Shown here in pieces: positions 1-14,531 of a DNA stretch of 63,793 nt. Origin of the DNA: Ancylonema sp. (taxonomy: Eukaryota). The position numbers were made by a program, and so were the translations under genes. The notes under the pieces were generated by a model that saw only the letters and a list, made by a program, of their open reading frames with translations, was not told where the DNA came from and made no database searches. The stretch lies in contig JBFLGF010000145.1 of assembly GCA_050230475.1 (NCBI GenBank), positions 1 through 63,793 of the forward strand, read 5' to 3'. The stretch's first letter is position 1. Each line of letters starts with the position of its first letter.

Positions 1-33
1 AACGAAGCCCCCCATCCCCCCTCTTTCTATCAG

Positions 34-2556
<2,523 letters not shown>

Positions 2557-3580
2557 GGAGAATTCGGCAACTTTTGTAACTCTGTTTCATAAAATGTGTC
2601 ATAATATTGTGAATTTAGGAGTTATGATGTGAGGATAAATAATCGAAGGATTATGATATGCTTGTTGTCTAGGGACACCTAGAGCCTCCTCTTGTTAGCT
2701 TTGGATAAAAGGGGTGGACTTCATTGTGCTTGAATGGGACTCTTTCAAATATAGGTGCTTGGACAGCTCCTATTGGAATAATGATCAAAATAGTTTTTTT
2801 TTTCAAATTGATCATTCTTGATTGTTTTTGTACATGTGCATTCCCTTCCCAAGGTTCACATGTCACCCCTCCCACCAAGGTCAATGACCCAATTGAGAGT
2901 GCTATGGGGCATCGTAATTGATTGCCATTATTGAATAAGGGGTGAATTTAGGAGGTGGAAATTAATTATCGTTATTTATTTTTTGTGTGTGTGAAGGAAG
3001 GGGTGGCTTGTTGCTAAACTCAATCGAGAAAAGGGGTAAGTGATAAAGCTTGTCCGTAGATTACCCCCCAACTCATGAGCTCATTCATATTCACATCGGA
3101 GAGCCATCACGCTCGACAATATTTTATGCTAACGCTGTGTCAAGTTCCAAAAGCGCAACATGGCCGGCCCACTCGTAGTCATGATCATACACCCAAATCT
3201 CCTCCTGAACCACTTACAAAGAAAGTGTACACGTATAGGTGTGCTCAATCATGAACATACATGCATACATACACACGTTCTCACAGTGATTAACATGCAA
3301 CTCTTGCAACACAAAAACTAGAATATCGTAAATTGTGACAAAATATAACGCATGGAATTCGATTGCTAATACGTAATTGATTGGCAAGGTTTTGAATAGC
3401 AAACATACTCCGCTTCCGAACCGGTATGTTAAATCTCTTTTTCCTGAATCTATATCTTGTTCATAGGCACTTCAAAAGCCTGAATTGATCCCTTGGAAAA
3501 CACAATATATGTTTTTTTGGGGACACGACTACCATGTTAGAGATGAGCGTGCTAGCCTCTACCACATAAAACCTCATTAA

Positions 3581-3683
3581 GACTTATCAAGACTTATCAA
3601 GACTTATGAAGACTTATCAAGACTCATCAAGACTCATCAAGACTTATCAAGACTTATTAAGACTTATCAAGACTTAGCAAGAC
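3581..3683. repeat. Tandem array of a 10-bp unit GACTTATCAA (about 10 copies)
   Basis: Read directly: gacttatcaa gacttatcaa gacttatgaa gacttatcaa gactcatcaa ... Confidence 0.95.
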
Positions 3684-3758
3684 CACATTTCGGAAAGGCG
3701 TCGAAAAATGTAGTCCTCCCCACGAATATGGTGACATCGACAAAAGGAGGGCCCTCCA

Positions 3759-6140
3759 TTACGGTCGATATGGTCGGTAGTCCGGTGATCGATCCCTTTG
3801 TCTCCTTGGGGGGCTACAAAACAAAACACTCAGTCGTGAGTGGAGAGAAAAGGACTTCCATTGCCACAGTCATCATAGATGATGTCATGACACACTGCAA
3901 CGCGAGAATGAATCGCGCTAATTGCACTTCTTCCCGAATCATCTCAACGACAACTCGTATGATGACATTGTCACCATCTGACGCAACGCAATGTGATGTT
4001 CAGAACCCCAAAGTGACTCATACAAAACATGTGTGCAATGCGGTACGTTTTTCCACATCCCTCTCTTTCGTACATGTACAAGCATCCACAGACCTATCAC
4101 GTCGGCTAGAAGGTCTCTGTCGGTTATCACGATCATCTCGACGGTTATCACGATCATCTCGACGGTCACCACGATCATCTCGACGGCGATCAGTCCGATC
4201 ATCATGACGATCCGTTCGCTCGCGTGGGCGGGTTTCCTGATCGCGCTCCTCTCGAGGCTCTTCTCTCGAGTCTCCGAGGGGAGGGGCTCCATCTTCCCTG
4301 GCTGCGTACTCTACAGTAACTACCCGCCCATCGATGGTTCTACACGGGTATCGAGTGGCGGGACGCAGGAACGGGAGTCAGAATCACTCAAAACGTCAGA
4401 ATCAGTGAAAGAGGCTATGTGGAGTAGGAGTGGGAGGAGGGGAATTTTGATGCCGGGTTGAGGGTTTCGGGGTTCAATACATGGACGCAGCTCTGTCTGG
4501 GGACAGAGGTTTATGGCACAGTTTCCAGCAGGATCTCATCCAGAAGTCCACAGACTGCTGCTTCAAAATAAGTATGGGGGGAAGGTCCTAAGATTTAGTG
4601 CTAAGTGACATCTGAGCACTGACTTGAGATCCTTTGGCATACAGCTTTTCGCAGTTACAGTTCAGTATTCAATGTATATATTTATATATGTATATCACTA
4701 TAATTGACTCACTACTAGAATTCAGAATTTGAAACGTGAACAAAAAGACTGAAATGCATGTCAGTACAGCTCCAAAACAACAAAAGAATCGAATTAAGGT
4801 TGCCTCGCACTTGCACTCGAGGAAAAGAAAGAAGAAATTGCAAAAAAAAAACTGCAAACATTAGCAGCTGTACAGGTCGGCATTGGTTCACAAGCTTTCC
4901 AACCTGTTATTCAATCCATCCACGGCTTTTGTGGCTTCCTCCTGAGTCTCATACTGAACGAATGCGAAATTCTTCCGAATCTGAACCCGAACCAGCTTGC
5001 CATAAGGCTCGAAATGCTTCTCCAGATCTCTGGTTCGCGTGCCAGCGTGATCGAAGTTGACCACAAAAAGTGTCTTCGATGGTCGAGCTTTGGCGACCTC
5101 CTTGCGCTCCTCCTCTCGACGTTTTATAGAACCGTCGCCCTGCACCAACCAATGCGACCCTTCACATGCTTCAAATGTTTGGACATTGCCGACAGAAGAT
5201 GGACATTGGATAGTCATGCCACCTGTCTCCAGGCTGGTATACAGAAAACTGAGAAGCTAAGACGGTGGCATCACCTGTTTACAATTCAACGATACACTGT
5301 TACCGCTATACCCAGATCAAAGAAACTGACACAGGTCCACGTATGCTGGAGTGTGGAAAGCAGTGGTTGATTCTTTGGTAGGGTGCGAGTTCTTTTCGGG
5401 CACCTTTGCCCACTGCACAACCAGCCTGCGGCGTTGCCTCCAAAATTCCTGCCCGTCCAAATCTTTGATAGCATCCTCAGCATCACGATCATCGATCATG
5501 TACACAAACGCAAACCCTGAAGAACGTACAGGGAACAGGCAGGCTTAGATACGAGGCACGAGAATGTCCTAGTCCTCCATAAACAAGTCCCAAACAAGTC
5601 CCTGACAGTTTGTGAAAGTGTAAGTGTGTGTCAACCCTGGAGTCCTGTTGAAGATAGACAAGCGAGGTGAGAAAGGTTGGAACGAACCCCATTGCCTCCT
5701 GCAAAAAATGATGAGCAAGAGTAGAATGATGACAGGTAGAATCCAATGAGGTAGTGAGTGTTGTCTATGGTTGCAGCTCAGGGGTGGTAGATCAGGAAAA
5801 CTTGAGGTCAGCCATTTCGTTGTCCCTCCAGACGACTGACAGCCTCTGCTCAGCAATGATAAAGGAATGGTGGACAGTAAGATTGGGAATTTCCTTACGC
5901 GTTCGTTGAATGTGGACACACTATTTCCACTTTTGCACTAGAGATGAAATAGCCGCCACTCCTACATAATTGAGCAAACTTCGATACATTTTTAGCTCAG
6001 GTAGCAAAGTAAGAACCCCAACCTGTTTTCATGTCAACTCTGTCCAGCTTGCCGTAATTTTTGAACAAGCGCTCAATCTCTGTGGGGCTTGCATCGTACT
6101 CGAAATTGCCACAAAACACAGGTCTCGGAGATCCTGACAT
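3759..6140 (-). CDS. Plant RS-subfamily serine/arginine-rich splicing factor (RS31/RS40/RS41-like, two RRMs)
   Basis: Exons 6140-6023, 5516-5404, 5139-4904, 4339-4094 and 3813-3759. RRM1 [12 protein letters not shown]...RVDMKTGFAFVYM; RRM2 [11 protein letters not shown]...[12 protein letters not shown]...[10 protein letters not shown]; the tail is Arg/Asp-rich and ends [10 protein letters not shown]. Confidence 0.92.
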
Positions 6141-6381
6141 TGTCTCTTCACTGGCGAGAGATTCTAATTTAGTTAAATAGCCACCTGATTGACTCTGCAC
6201 TGAAGGCGCCAACTACGTCTGCCAGATATCACAAATACCTCCTTCGCAGTCGACTCTAAACGAATGCAGGCCTGTCCAGGGCTGAAAATGCGTTTTTGTC
6301 AATACCACTTGCAACGTGACCTACTTTTGAGATTGCGAAGGTCGCGAACTAAAAATACTTACGCTCCGTAAGAGTGATTTA

Positions 6382-6821
6382 TCGGCGAGCACTTCGAGTA
6401 TCACTTTGACGCGATACCCGCCGGTTAACCTCGAGTTGTGCAGAGTATCACTTCGAGGCGACAAGGCGTATATAATAAAAGTGATACCCAATCGTGTTCC
6501 GTATCACAGCAAGTTTTTTCAGGAGTATCACTCCGAAGGATCATATGCGCGCGAAAAAGACACGTCACGTCACACTCCCTTCGAAAATTGCAGCGACGTC
6601 TACACGCGACAAAAATGAAGCAGAAGGCTCCACGCCGACAGCAACGAGTGTCACAATTGTGAAACGAGTATCACTTTGTGATACCCAAATCAGAGTTGTG
6701 ATACGGCGCTCAGAGCGTATCACTTCGCGAAATCTAAAACGCCACGATGTGATACCCCGTAAAACTTGAAGGGATACTCAAAATCAGGCGCAATCAAAGT
6801 GATATACGAAGTGCTCGCCGA
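6382..6821. mobile_element. MITE-like non-autonomous DNA transposon with about 28-32 bp terminal inverted repeats and TA flanks
   Basis: Left end tttatcggcgagcacttcgagtatcactttga (6378-6409) versus the reverse complement of the right end (6794-6825), tttatcggcgagcacttcgtatatcactttga: 2 mismatches. The interior carries 10 exact GTATCAC motifs in both orientations and no convincing ORF. Confidence 0.7.
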
Positions 6822-7218
6822 TAAAACATACTCTAAAATCAGAACCACTCCAACCAGTCGAGAATGCCTGAAAATTTAGGTGAAGCAAACGAGGTCTGGG
6901 AGCAAAATTTTAGCTTTCTTTTCCCCCTTTCAGACTTATCTGACCTCATCAAAGATGCTAATAACGAAATGGGCACGTCAGAAATACATTTTCGTTATGG
7001 ACAACAGAACCCCAGGTCGCGAAGGTACGCCTATAACGTGCATGTACTGCCCTTGCCCTGGGCACCTTCCACCTACCTGCAGTATGACGGTGTCTCTTCC
7101 TTACCGCCCTCATCAATTGCTTGTAAATTGATTGCTGATTGAAATCAAACTCCAGACAACGCTTGCTTGCCACTCCGATCAGAAATTCGTAGATCGCACT
7201 CCTCCGTCTACATCCCTC

Positions 7219-9240
7219 ATGGCTTCCGCAACTACTGTTGCGTCTCCTGCTCTGGCCCGTCCAAAGCCCAAGTTTCAGTATAAGATGTTTATTGCCCCCG
7301 CTCTCCTATTGGCAGGGAACTATTTCAAGGTAGACTACAATAATCCGGATATTATCAAAGCCGTGCGCGTTGCTTACGTGCTTTCGCAAGGGCTTGTATT
7401 GGTCTCCCTGCTGTACATCGCCCACAAGATCTACGATAAAGTGCCTCAGGAGAAACTGAAGACTCTAGTGGCTCTAAAACCGACTGCCAAGTACGTGCTA
7501 CCATTGCAGAGTTAACGTTCCAAACTCATCCGGCGGTGCGGTTTTTCGTTGGAGTCAGTTGTGGTATAGTCGGTGTGGTTTCTAGGAGGGCTTGGCAACC
7601 TAAAGCGCCAAACATATCTCTCTAGAAGGATAGGTTGTGAGCTGAATTGTTCAATCAGCAGTCGATTCATCTGGAGTTGATATGCCGGACAGTGGTCATA
7701 ATCCCTGCAGAGGGATGGACGGACATTGCATACTGCAGCAGCCAGTCTTCTACAGGCCATCAGATTTTCATATCTTGCTTTTGCATCAGTGCGTGAGTTT
7801 TGGGAGTTGGCCTCAACACAGGGCAGAGCACTTCGTCGATAGCTAGAGATCCGCTGGAGCACATCGTCGTCAGTCTATCTGAACGCCATCAATACAAACC
7901 CTGGTCGAGTCAAAATAATGAAGGATTGCACTTGCATTCTTGCGCTACAGCAATCCCGTGTCAGACTGACTCGCTGCACATTCTGTGCAGGAATCCGGAA
8001 CCACTCTTCCTCACAGTGAACGAGTACGACAAGGGCCAGTTGAAGGAGCATCTCAAGACTTTTGCTATCGTGAGTCATCCCCATCCTCAATCGAACCCCA
8101 TTCTCAATCTGGCCTATTTTGTTGTAAGTCTGCAAGTATGGCAGTGATTTTTGTCGTTATAAATAAGCAGCTGGAGCAGTTTCGAAGCCAGAATTGTAAA
8201 GAGACAAAGAACTTACAATTACGAAGTGGTAATTGACGGTGGAAATATCGGCCAATCGCATCGATAGCCAATATCCAGTACCAGCCCGCACCAACACTGT
8301 GTCCACAGGGCCGCATTACAAAACGTCAAATCAACAGCAAATGTAATAAGCATACTCGCATCAGCCGTTGCTCTTACGTTCTGTCTTTGGGCCCCGGACT
8401 GATATTTAATCCTCACCTTCTGTGTTTGATTCCTGTTGTGTGTACAGAGTATCGTCACGACGGTAGCCATGCACATGTACTGGACGCTGCTGCCTGCGCT
8501 CATTCTACAGATCGGTATGTTGAACTACGAGATCTACACTAGGTTCGGGCTGCTCCTCTTTTGAGGCAGAGGCACATTTATGTACTCGATGGAGTAGACC
8601 ATCATTGTCTCTGCCATCCTCTTTCCTATCCTCGTTTGCAGTCCTCTGAACATCAGAGGAAGGAGGAGAGACGAGTACTCATTGGGTTGTAAAGAGCGTA
8701 AAGAATAAAAACAGTCAGCGGCTGAAATTAGGGACTGATCGATTCTGAAGTCATCATGCGTTCCTTTTTAATGCAGTGATGCAGCCCATGAGCATTTACG
8801 AACACGGCCTCTTCCGCTCTTACGTTCTGAACGACACCTCTGTGAAGCGACCGTTTAAAGACACGTCACCCGGAGCAGCGTAATCAATCCATCTGTGCAC
8901 TCGCCAAATATTTACTGTCTTATGTTAACCTTAAACAATGTAAGGACACATGTGACAATATCAGAGCCTCAGTTCCAGGTTCAGGAGAGATCAGGGATGG
9001 ATGGGAGGAGGAATTCCAACCACCATTGCCGAGATTGCCGACATCGGCGTGTTCTGGATGATGTGCTCAAGATGATCTGTTTGCTTGCTAGATCCCTCAT
9101 TCCGTCACTGTGGCCAAACAAACACTTCAAACCTGTGAGAAGGACGAGGCCTAAAAAAAGGGTGCAGTACAGTCACATCTGTCTCTCACACGCCAAAGTC
9201 TCTCACCCGTTTACGAGCGTCCAAAGCCATTGTGGAGGAC

Positions 9241-9302
<62 letters not shown>

Positions 9303-9569
9303 TCTCTCTCTCCCTCTCCCTCTGTCTCTCTCTCTCTCTCTTGTGCATGTCTAACCTCATGGCATCCCATGACGTTTTGTGTGGGGTGCAGATTGAAAGA
9401 CATGTTTGATCCAAACGCAGCAGCTGCTTCTTCTGCACCTGCGCAGAAAGCACTGACAGAGCCTCCTGCCGACACGGTGGCGGAAGCAGAAACGAGTGCG
9501 TCAGGAGGGGAGGCTGAGGTAAACGCGACAGATGCCACGACAAGACATCGTAACGCCGCAACCAATTAG
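7219..9569 (+). CDS. PHO88: SND3/PHO88-family ER membrane protein (SRP-independent targeting)
   Basis: Exons 7219-7490, 7991-8069, 8448-8514, 8777-8879 and 9392-9569 splice in frame. Family-like motifs: DYNNPDIIKAVRVAYVLSQ, LTVNEYDKGQLK, AMHMYWTLLPALILQ, LFRSYV...KRPF. Confidence 0.8.
9245..9340. repeat. (CT)n microsatellite in the last PHO88 intron
   Basis: Read directly. Confidence 0.95.
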
Positions 9570-10954
9570 TGAATGGAGCCTTGGAAGCAAATTCACTCGC
9601 AAAACAGGCGTTGTCTTACATCATTCAGGATCTATCAGGGTGGCGGAAGGGTCTGATGGACAATATATGCGTGAGATGGGTGCTTTTCGTAGCTCGCCCT
9701 TCACGCTATCAACATAAAGACTGTGGGACACTTATGTTTTCCACAATCTTATCTCGAGTCCATGCAATCAAATGTTTCCATCCTCTGGAGGTAGACATGT
9801 TGCCTCCTGGATCACAGTGTTCATCTTCTAAGAAATTAGTGATCGACATGTCGGATGTGCAAATGATTGATTATTTTATGCATGATCATTGGCGTCGTGC
9901 ATTCGTCAATATTGATGATTTCGTGTTGAATTGAAATGCATGATTGAGATTTTAAGTCTAGAGATATATTGATTAGGTTGAACATCATCATCATGACATG
10001 GTCTACACTTGCTTCTTGCGCTCGGGGTATCATTTTTTTATGAAGGGTTGGGCACACATACATAGTATCTTTACGTTTCTTTGTACCAGTCCTGGCCTTT
10101 GGGCTTCTTTGTGGAAGCATGGTTACAATATTTAGGCTTGGTTTAGCGCGAGTATGAGGAGTAGAGAACAAGTTGATATTGGAATTGTAATTCTCAGTTT
10201 GCACAAAATAAGTCGATTCTAGAAACGCACCGATTAAACTACCGACTTATAGACTTATGGTGATAACACACCAAGTAAAGCGCTGTCTCCATTGGTATTG
10301 TGTATTGTGCCCGAACCATGACCAGACAGGTAATTAGATAAACCCCAGACCCCTGGAAGTGACCAATCCCAAACCCAACCCCAACCCCCACCCCCACCTG
10401 GTTTTTGGTTGCGCACAAAGCTGCTTAACCCACATTTTTATCCCACAAGTTTGTTTTGGCTAGACATTTCCCTTTGGCTCACTTTAATAATATTTGTGGC
10501 CATAAATGCTTCAAATAAAACGCCATTGATGTGTAAATATCTTCACTGCCCTCCATGACCAAAGCATTGCGCTCCCCTTGATATAAATTAGATGGCCCGC
10601 ATACTTGGCATTATATTTGAAAACTGCCTCCTCCTACGTCGAACCCTTGACCAAAAAGACTCTGGTATCCGACGCATGACAACTTCTAAACGCTTACCGC
10701 CCTTCGTTTGTCATGAAGTGCCAGAAACATGTGTCTGCCCTAGGGTTGCGAAGCTTAGAATGTGTCCCCCCCCCCGAAACAACATCAACTCTTCGGACAT
10801 ATTTGGTCAACATCATCATCATCATGATTTTTTTACATCATTTTTATTTTGCATCTGCTTGTTCACTAGAGGCCTACAAGTGCTAAAAAATCCACCTAAA
10901 CCGACGTCTAGAACCTATTTTGGTCGTACCACGAGGTGCATCCATCCCTTCACA

Positions 10955-12783
10955 TCATCTTTTTTGCAGCATGGGAGGCACCATCCAATCCATGGTCTCC
11001 ATTTCCAATAGCCACATCCCAACAGCCGTCCTCAACGAGCAACCCTCTGCACCAACCACACGATGAGAACAACGCAAAAGAGGTCAACGAATAGCGGTGG
11101 AACGCACATTTGATTCTCATCAACTTTTGATCTCACAAAGCGCTCATATTTTGCGGCCGTTTCGGAAATCACATATGCTTGTTGTGGGGACGTGAAATTT
11201 CTTGATAGGAGGTCTGCGTTTATCCCTTTCCCATATTCCGCCCTTCTCTTTTGTGGTGTGTGGGTTTCCGAAAGAAATTCACACATCACAAGTACTGCGG
11301 ACGCATTCGGAATCAAATTCACTCCGCACCGTTTGAGAGGAGGTGCGAGTGTCAGATGGGGATCCCCCAAAAATATAAAGAAAAAATAAAATAAAATAAA
11401 TAAAGAAAAAATATTATAAAGAAGAAATAACATAAAGAATAAAAAACACAAAGAATACATAATGTAAAGGAAACATCATATAAAGAATGATGTCTTTGGC
11501 GAGTGGGTGCGCTGCAATGGAATACATATTGTGACATGGGCAAACAGAAGCATATACACCACAAAAATGGCACAAACAACTCAACAACGTCTTGTCCAAA
11601 TTGGACCCCCAAAGGTAGTGTTACCACCCAGTTGCAGGCGTGTGGGCTAGTACCTTGCCTACCGCTGCGCAGCTCCATGAGTTGGACCACCAAACCCGCG
11701 CAAGAGTCCCTAATCTCTTCGTACACATCCCTCAAATTCTCCTGCCAGAATATGTAAAAAAAGTATTAAAAAAGTATTAAAATAGTATTAAAAATAACAA
11801 AAAAAAGTAGGAAAAAGTACAAAAAAATTTAAAAAAAAAAAGTAAAAAAAAAAGTAAAAAAAAAAGTACTGAAAAATTCAGCTGCCCTAATAGTGCCCAT
11901 GGCTTCAAATTTCTACCCCCTTCCCTTTTCTGTAAATATCAGACATGCAGTCCGACCCCTGCTGGTTGCAATCTGCTGGTTGGGGATGGGTGGAATGGGA
12001 TGGGACTGGGAAGGCATGTTGAGCCAACTGGCGGTGCTGATGATTGCGACACCATCACCAGCTGTCATGCAAAGCATCTGCCAGGTGTCGTGCTGAGATT
12101 GGCAGGATGGGGCTTACCAGCTCATCTGGTCCCCCCATGTTTCCGTACAGAGGGTCATCGATGTCCTCTATCTGCATAAGGAAGGCAACACAACGGGAAA
12201 TCAGCGTAAGTGGCAGAAAGGCAGAAAGGCAGAAAGGCAGAACTGCCATTTTGACAGATTGGGCAAAAAAAAAAGGAGTCTGTAAACACTAAAATGTTCA
12301 CATGGGCGAAAATAGAAGAGCAAGATGACAGAGGAGGGCGATTTCCGATGATCTGCTACAGACCTGCCGGATACAGAGATCGACAGGGCTGTCCATCTCT
12401 GCATAAGGCAAAAAGCATTTTGCCGATGAGGGCACATGGTGCTGCGGCTCACCTGGCGGGCCTGGCAGAAGTCCCCCAACCTCCTCACTTTCACACTGTA
12501 GCGAGAGGTGGGGTCGATGGTGTCGAACACACTCACCTCCTTCAGCACATCTGCCGCGTTGAACTGCGCAAAACGATGGCAATAACAATTGGGTGGAAAC
12601 AAGCAGCAGCAGGAGGGGAAGGCAATTCAGCAAATAATAATTTTACATTCTTATGCATAAAAGAATATATACGATATACAATTTCCAATATACAATTTTC
12701 GTGTTGCATTCATACCTGTACATTATTACTTATACATATACATATATATATATATATATACATGTATACATATATTTATATAC

Positions 12784-12833
<50 letters not shown>

Positions 12834-14045
12834 GTATGTATATATATACACAGATAATACATCTATTCCATATATATCGTGTGCATATGTATCAATGTAC
12901 TACAGAATAAATGGTGTGTCAACATGTAATCGATATGGTACATATGATAGACTAGATAGGTCAATCCTCATGTATGCATCACGAGGGCCTGACCTTATCC
13001 ATAACGATTGCAAGATCGTATATAACGATGTCTTTGGCAGGTACAAACAGCGCTGCTTGATGATCCTGAGGAAGCTCAAGGTTGACTTCTTGAGCCACCT
13101 GGAGTGCCCGGCTGTCAGGTGCTTCGCCAACATTGTAGTCCCGTGTTGCCTGGAGAATCAAACAGACAGGGTGCGGGAACAGAGGGCGTGAGCAGCCAGA
13201 AACTGTGACAGTGGGTATGAGGCGGAAACCTGAGAGTGAAAAAAGTGTGTTGCCTTGTTGCCTGTCTTCTTCTTGCGAGTGTGCCGGATACGGAACTATC
13301 TACTGTCTATTGAACGTACCCTTGAACTGCAGAGGAGCTCGTCTTGAACGCCTAGCTGGCGCACCAAGGAGTTGAAGATTGCTTCCGCGTAAATGGAGCG
13401 ACAAACGTTGCCTTCACTTAGGAAAAGGATTTCCACTCTGTCCTGTCGACCTTCACTCTCCTGCACTCACCCTGGCCCCCTGCGGATATTGAGTGACCAC
13501 ATTTTCAGCTATTTGTTTGCAGCTCCTGAGGTCATATTGCGATGCGGGCGCAGACTTCTAGCGCACGTTTTTTCATAAAATAAGAAGGCTGTAATAAAGG
13601 GAAGGCATGGCATGGCATGGCTGCCGTATTCGCACGTAGATTCAAGATACCCGTGCAAGGCGAATGACTCCTCTCATTCCTAGCCAACCTGAGCAGCTTG
13701 AGGTCCCGAACGAAAGCTCGGCTTAACACATGCGCTGCTGACGTCAAATCGATTGACCTCACTGCTCTCAGCAGCAGCGGGGGCGGGTCCAGGAGCTACC
13801 GATTCCGTCGAAACGGAGTCGGTCACTGTAGCCGCACAGGTGACCGCTGCACGCAAATGGTGATGGTAAGCCGCTTTGGATCCTGTCACATGAGGTAATG
13901 CAAGAATGAAATCATGATTCTGCAGTGTGCGTCTACTAAAAGGTGGAAAGCACCATTCTTTCCTGATATTTTGAATGGAATTTGCACCGGTAGCCTTCCA
14001 GGTGAGGGGTATTCCAGAGAGAGCAGACAGCGCCATTGCTGCCAT
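10955..14045 (-). CDS. Low-molecular-weight protein tyrosine phosphatase-like protein (P-loop Cys replaced by Ser), probable plastid transit peptide; 1-nt frame discordance in exon 2
   Basis: Exons 14045-13758, 13557-13320, 13149-12994, 12563-12453, 12171-12118, 11741-11654 and 11046-10955. Motifs: [19 protein letters not shown] (cf. VLFVCLGNICRS), [36 protein letters not shown]; ends [11 protein letters not shown]. The N-terminus is Ala/Ser-rich. Confidence 0.85.
12728..12850. repeat. (TA)n-rich microsatellite (intronic)
   Basis: Read directly. Confidence 0.95.
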
Positions 14046-14531
14046 CAATGCGTTTGAAATCCTCGGCCGTCTTGTGACAGCTTGTGGTCACCGCGGAAAG
14101 CTCTACGAGCACCGACCAGGCCGAGGGGAACGCTAGCCAGCCAGTACAGTTTAACCGTGATTAAAACCCGACAATATTATTATATATTAACATATCTGGA
14201 CCGTCAAGGGAACGGCGTTAGTGGCCCGTCGATACCAATGTGTCGTCAGGTCGTTATATGCAGTCAGAAGTTGGCAACGGCGCAACGCACAAGCATCCTG
14301 CCCTCATGCGCCATTCTGTTTGTGGAGTGTGAACCGCGTGTGTCCCAATGACGTGCGTGTGCTGACAGGAGAAATGTGTTTCCCGGTTTTCAGTGCATCA
14401 GTGAAATACGAAACTCTGGGTTCGCTTGCTCCGGCATTCTCCTGCTTCACATTTTGTCAGAACATTCTTACAGTCGTCGTAGGCATCTGCTCCGGTGTCC
14501 AGGTTCCGTTTGCTCTGTGTAGCGAGTGTTG

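Noticed and set aside
3581..3683. CRISPR-like array
   Set aside because: Contiguous 10-bp units without unique spacers, in a eukaryotic context with no cas genes. The same applies to 21693-21770 and 25641-25876.
3728..4461. Plus-strand ORFs with SRSSRR or ITIIST repeats
   Set aside because: Antisense shadows of the SR gene's Arg/Asp-repeat exon.
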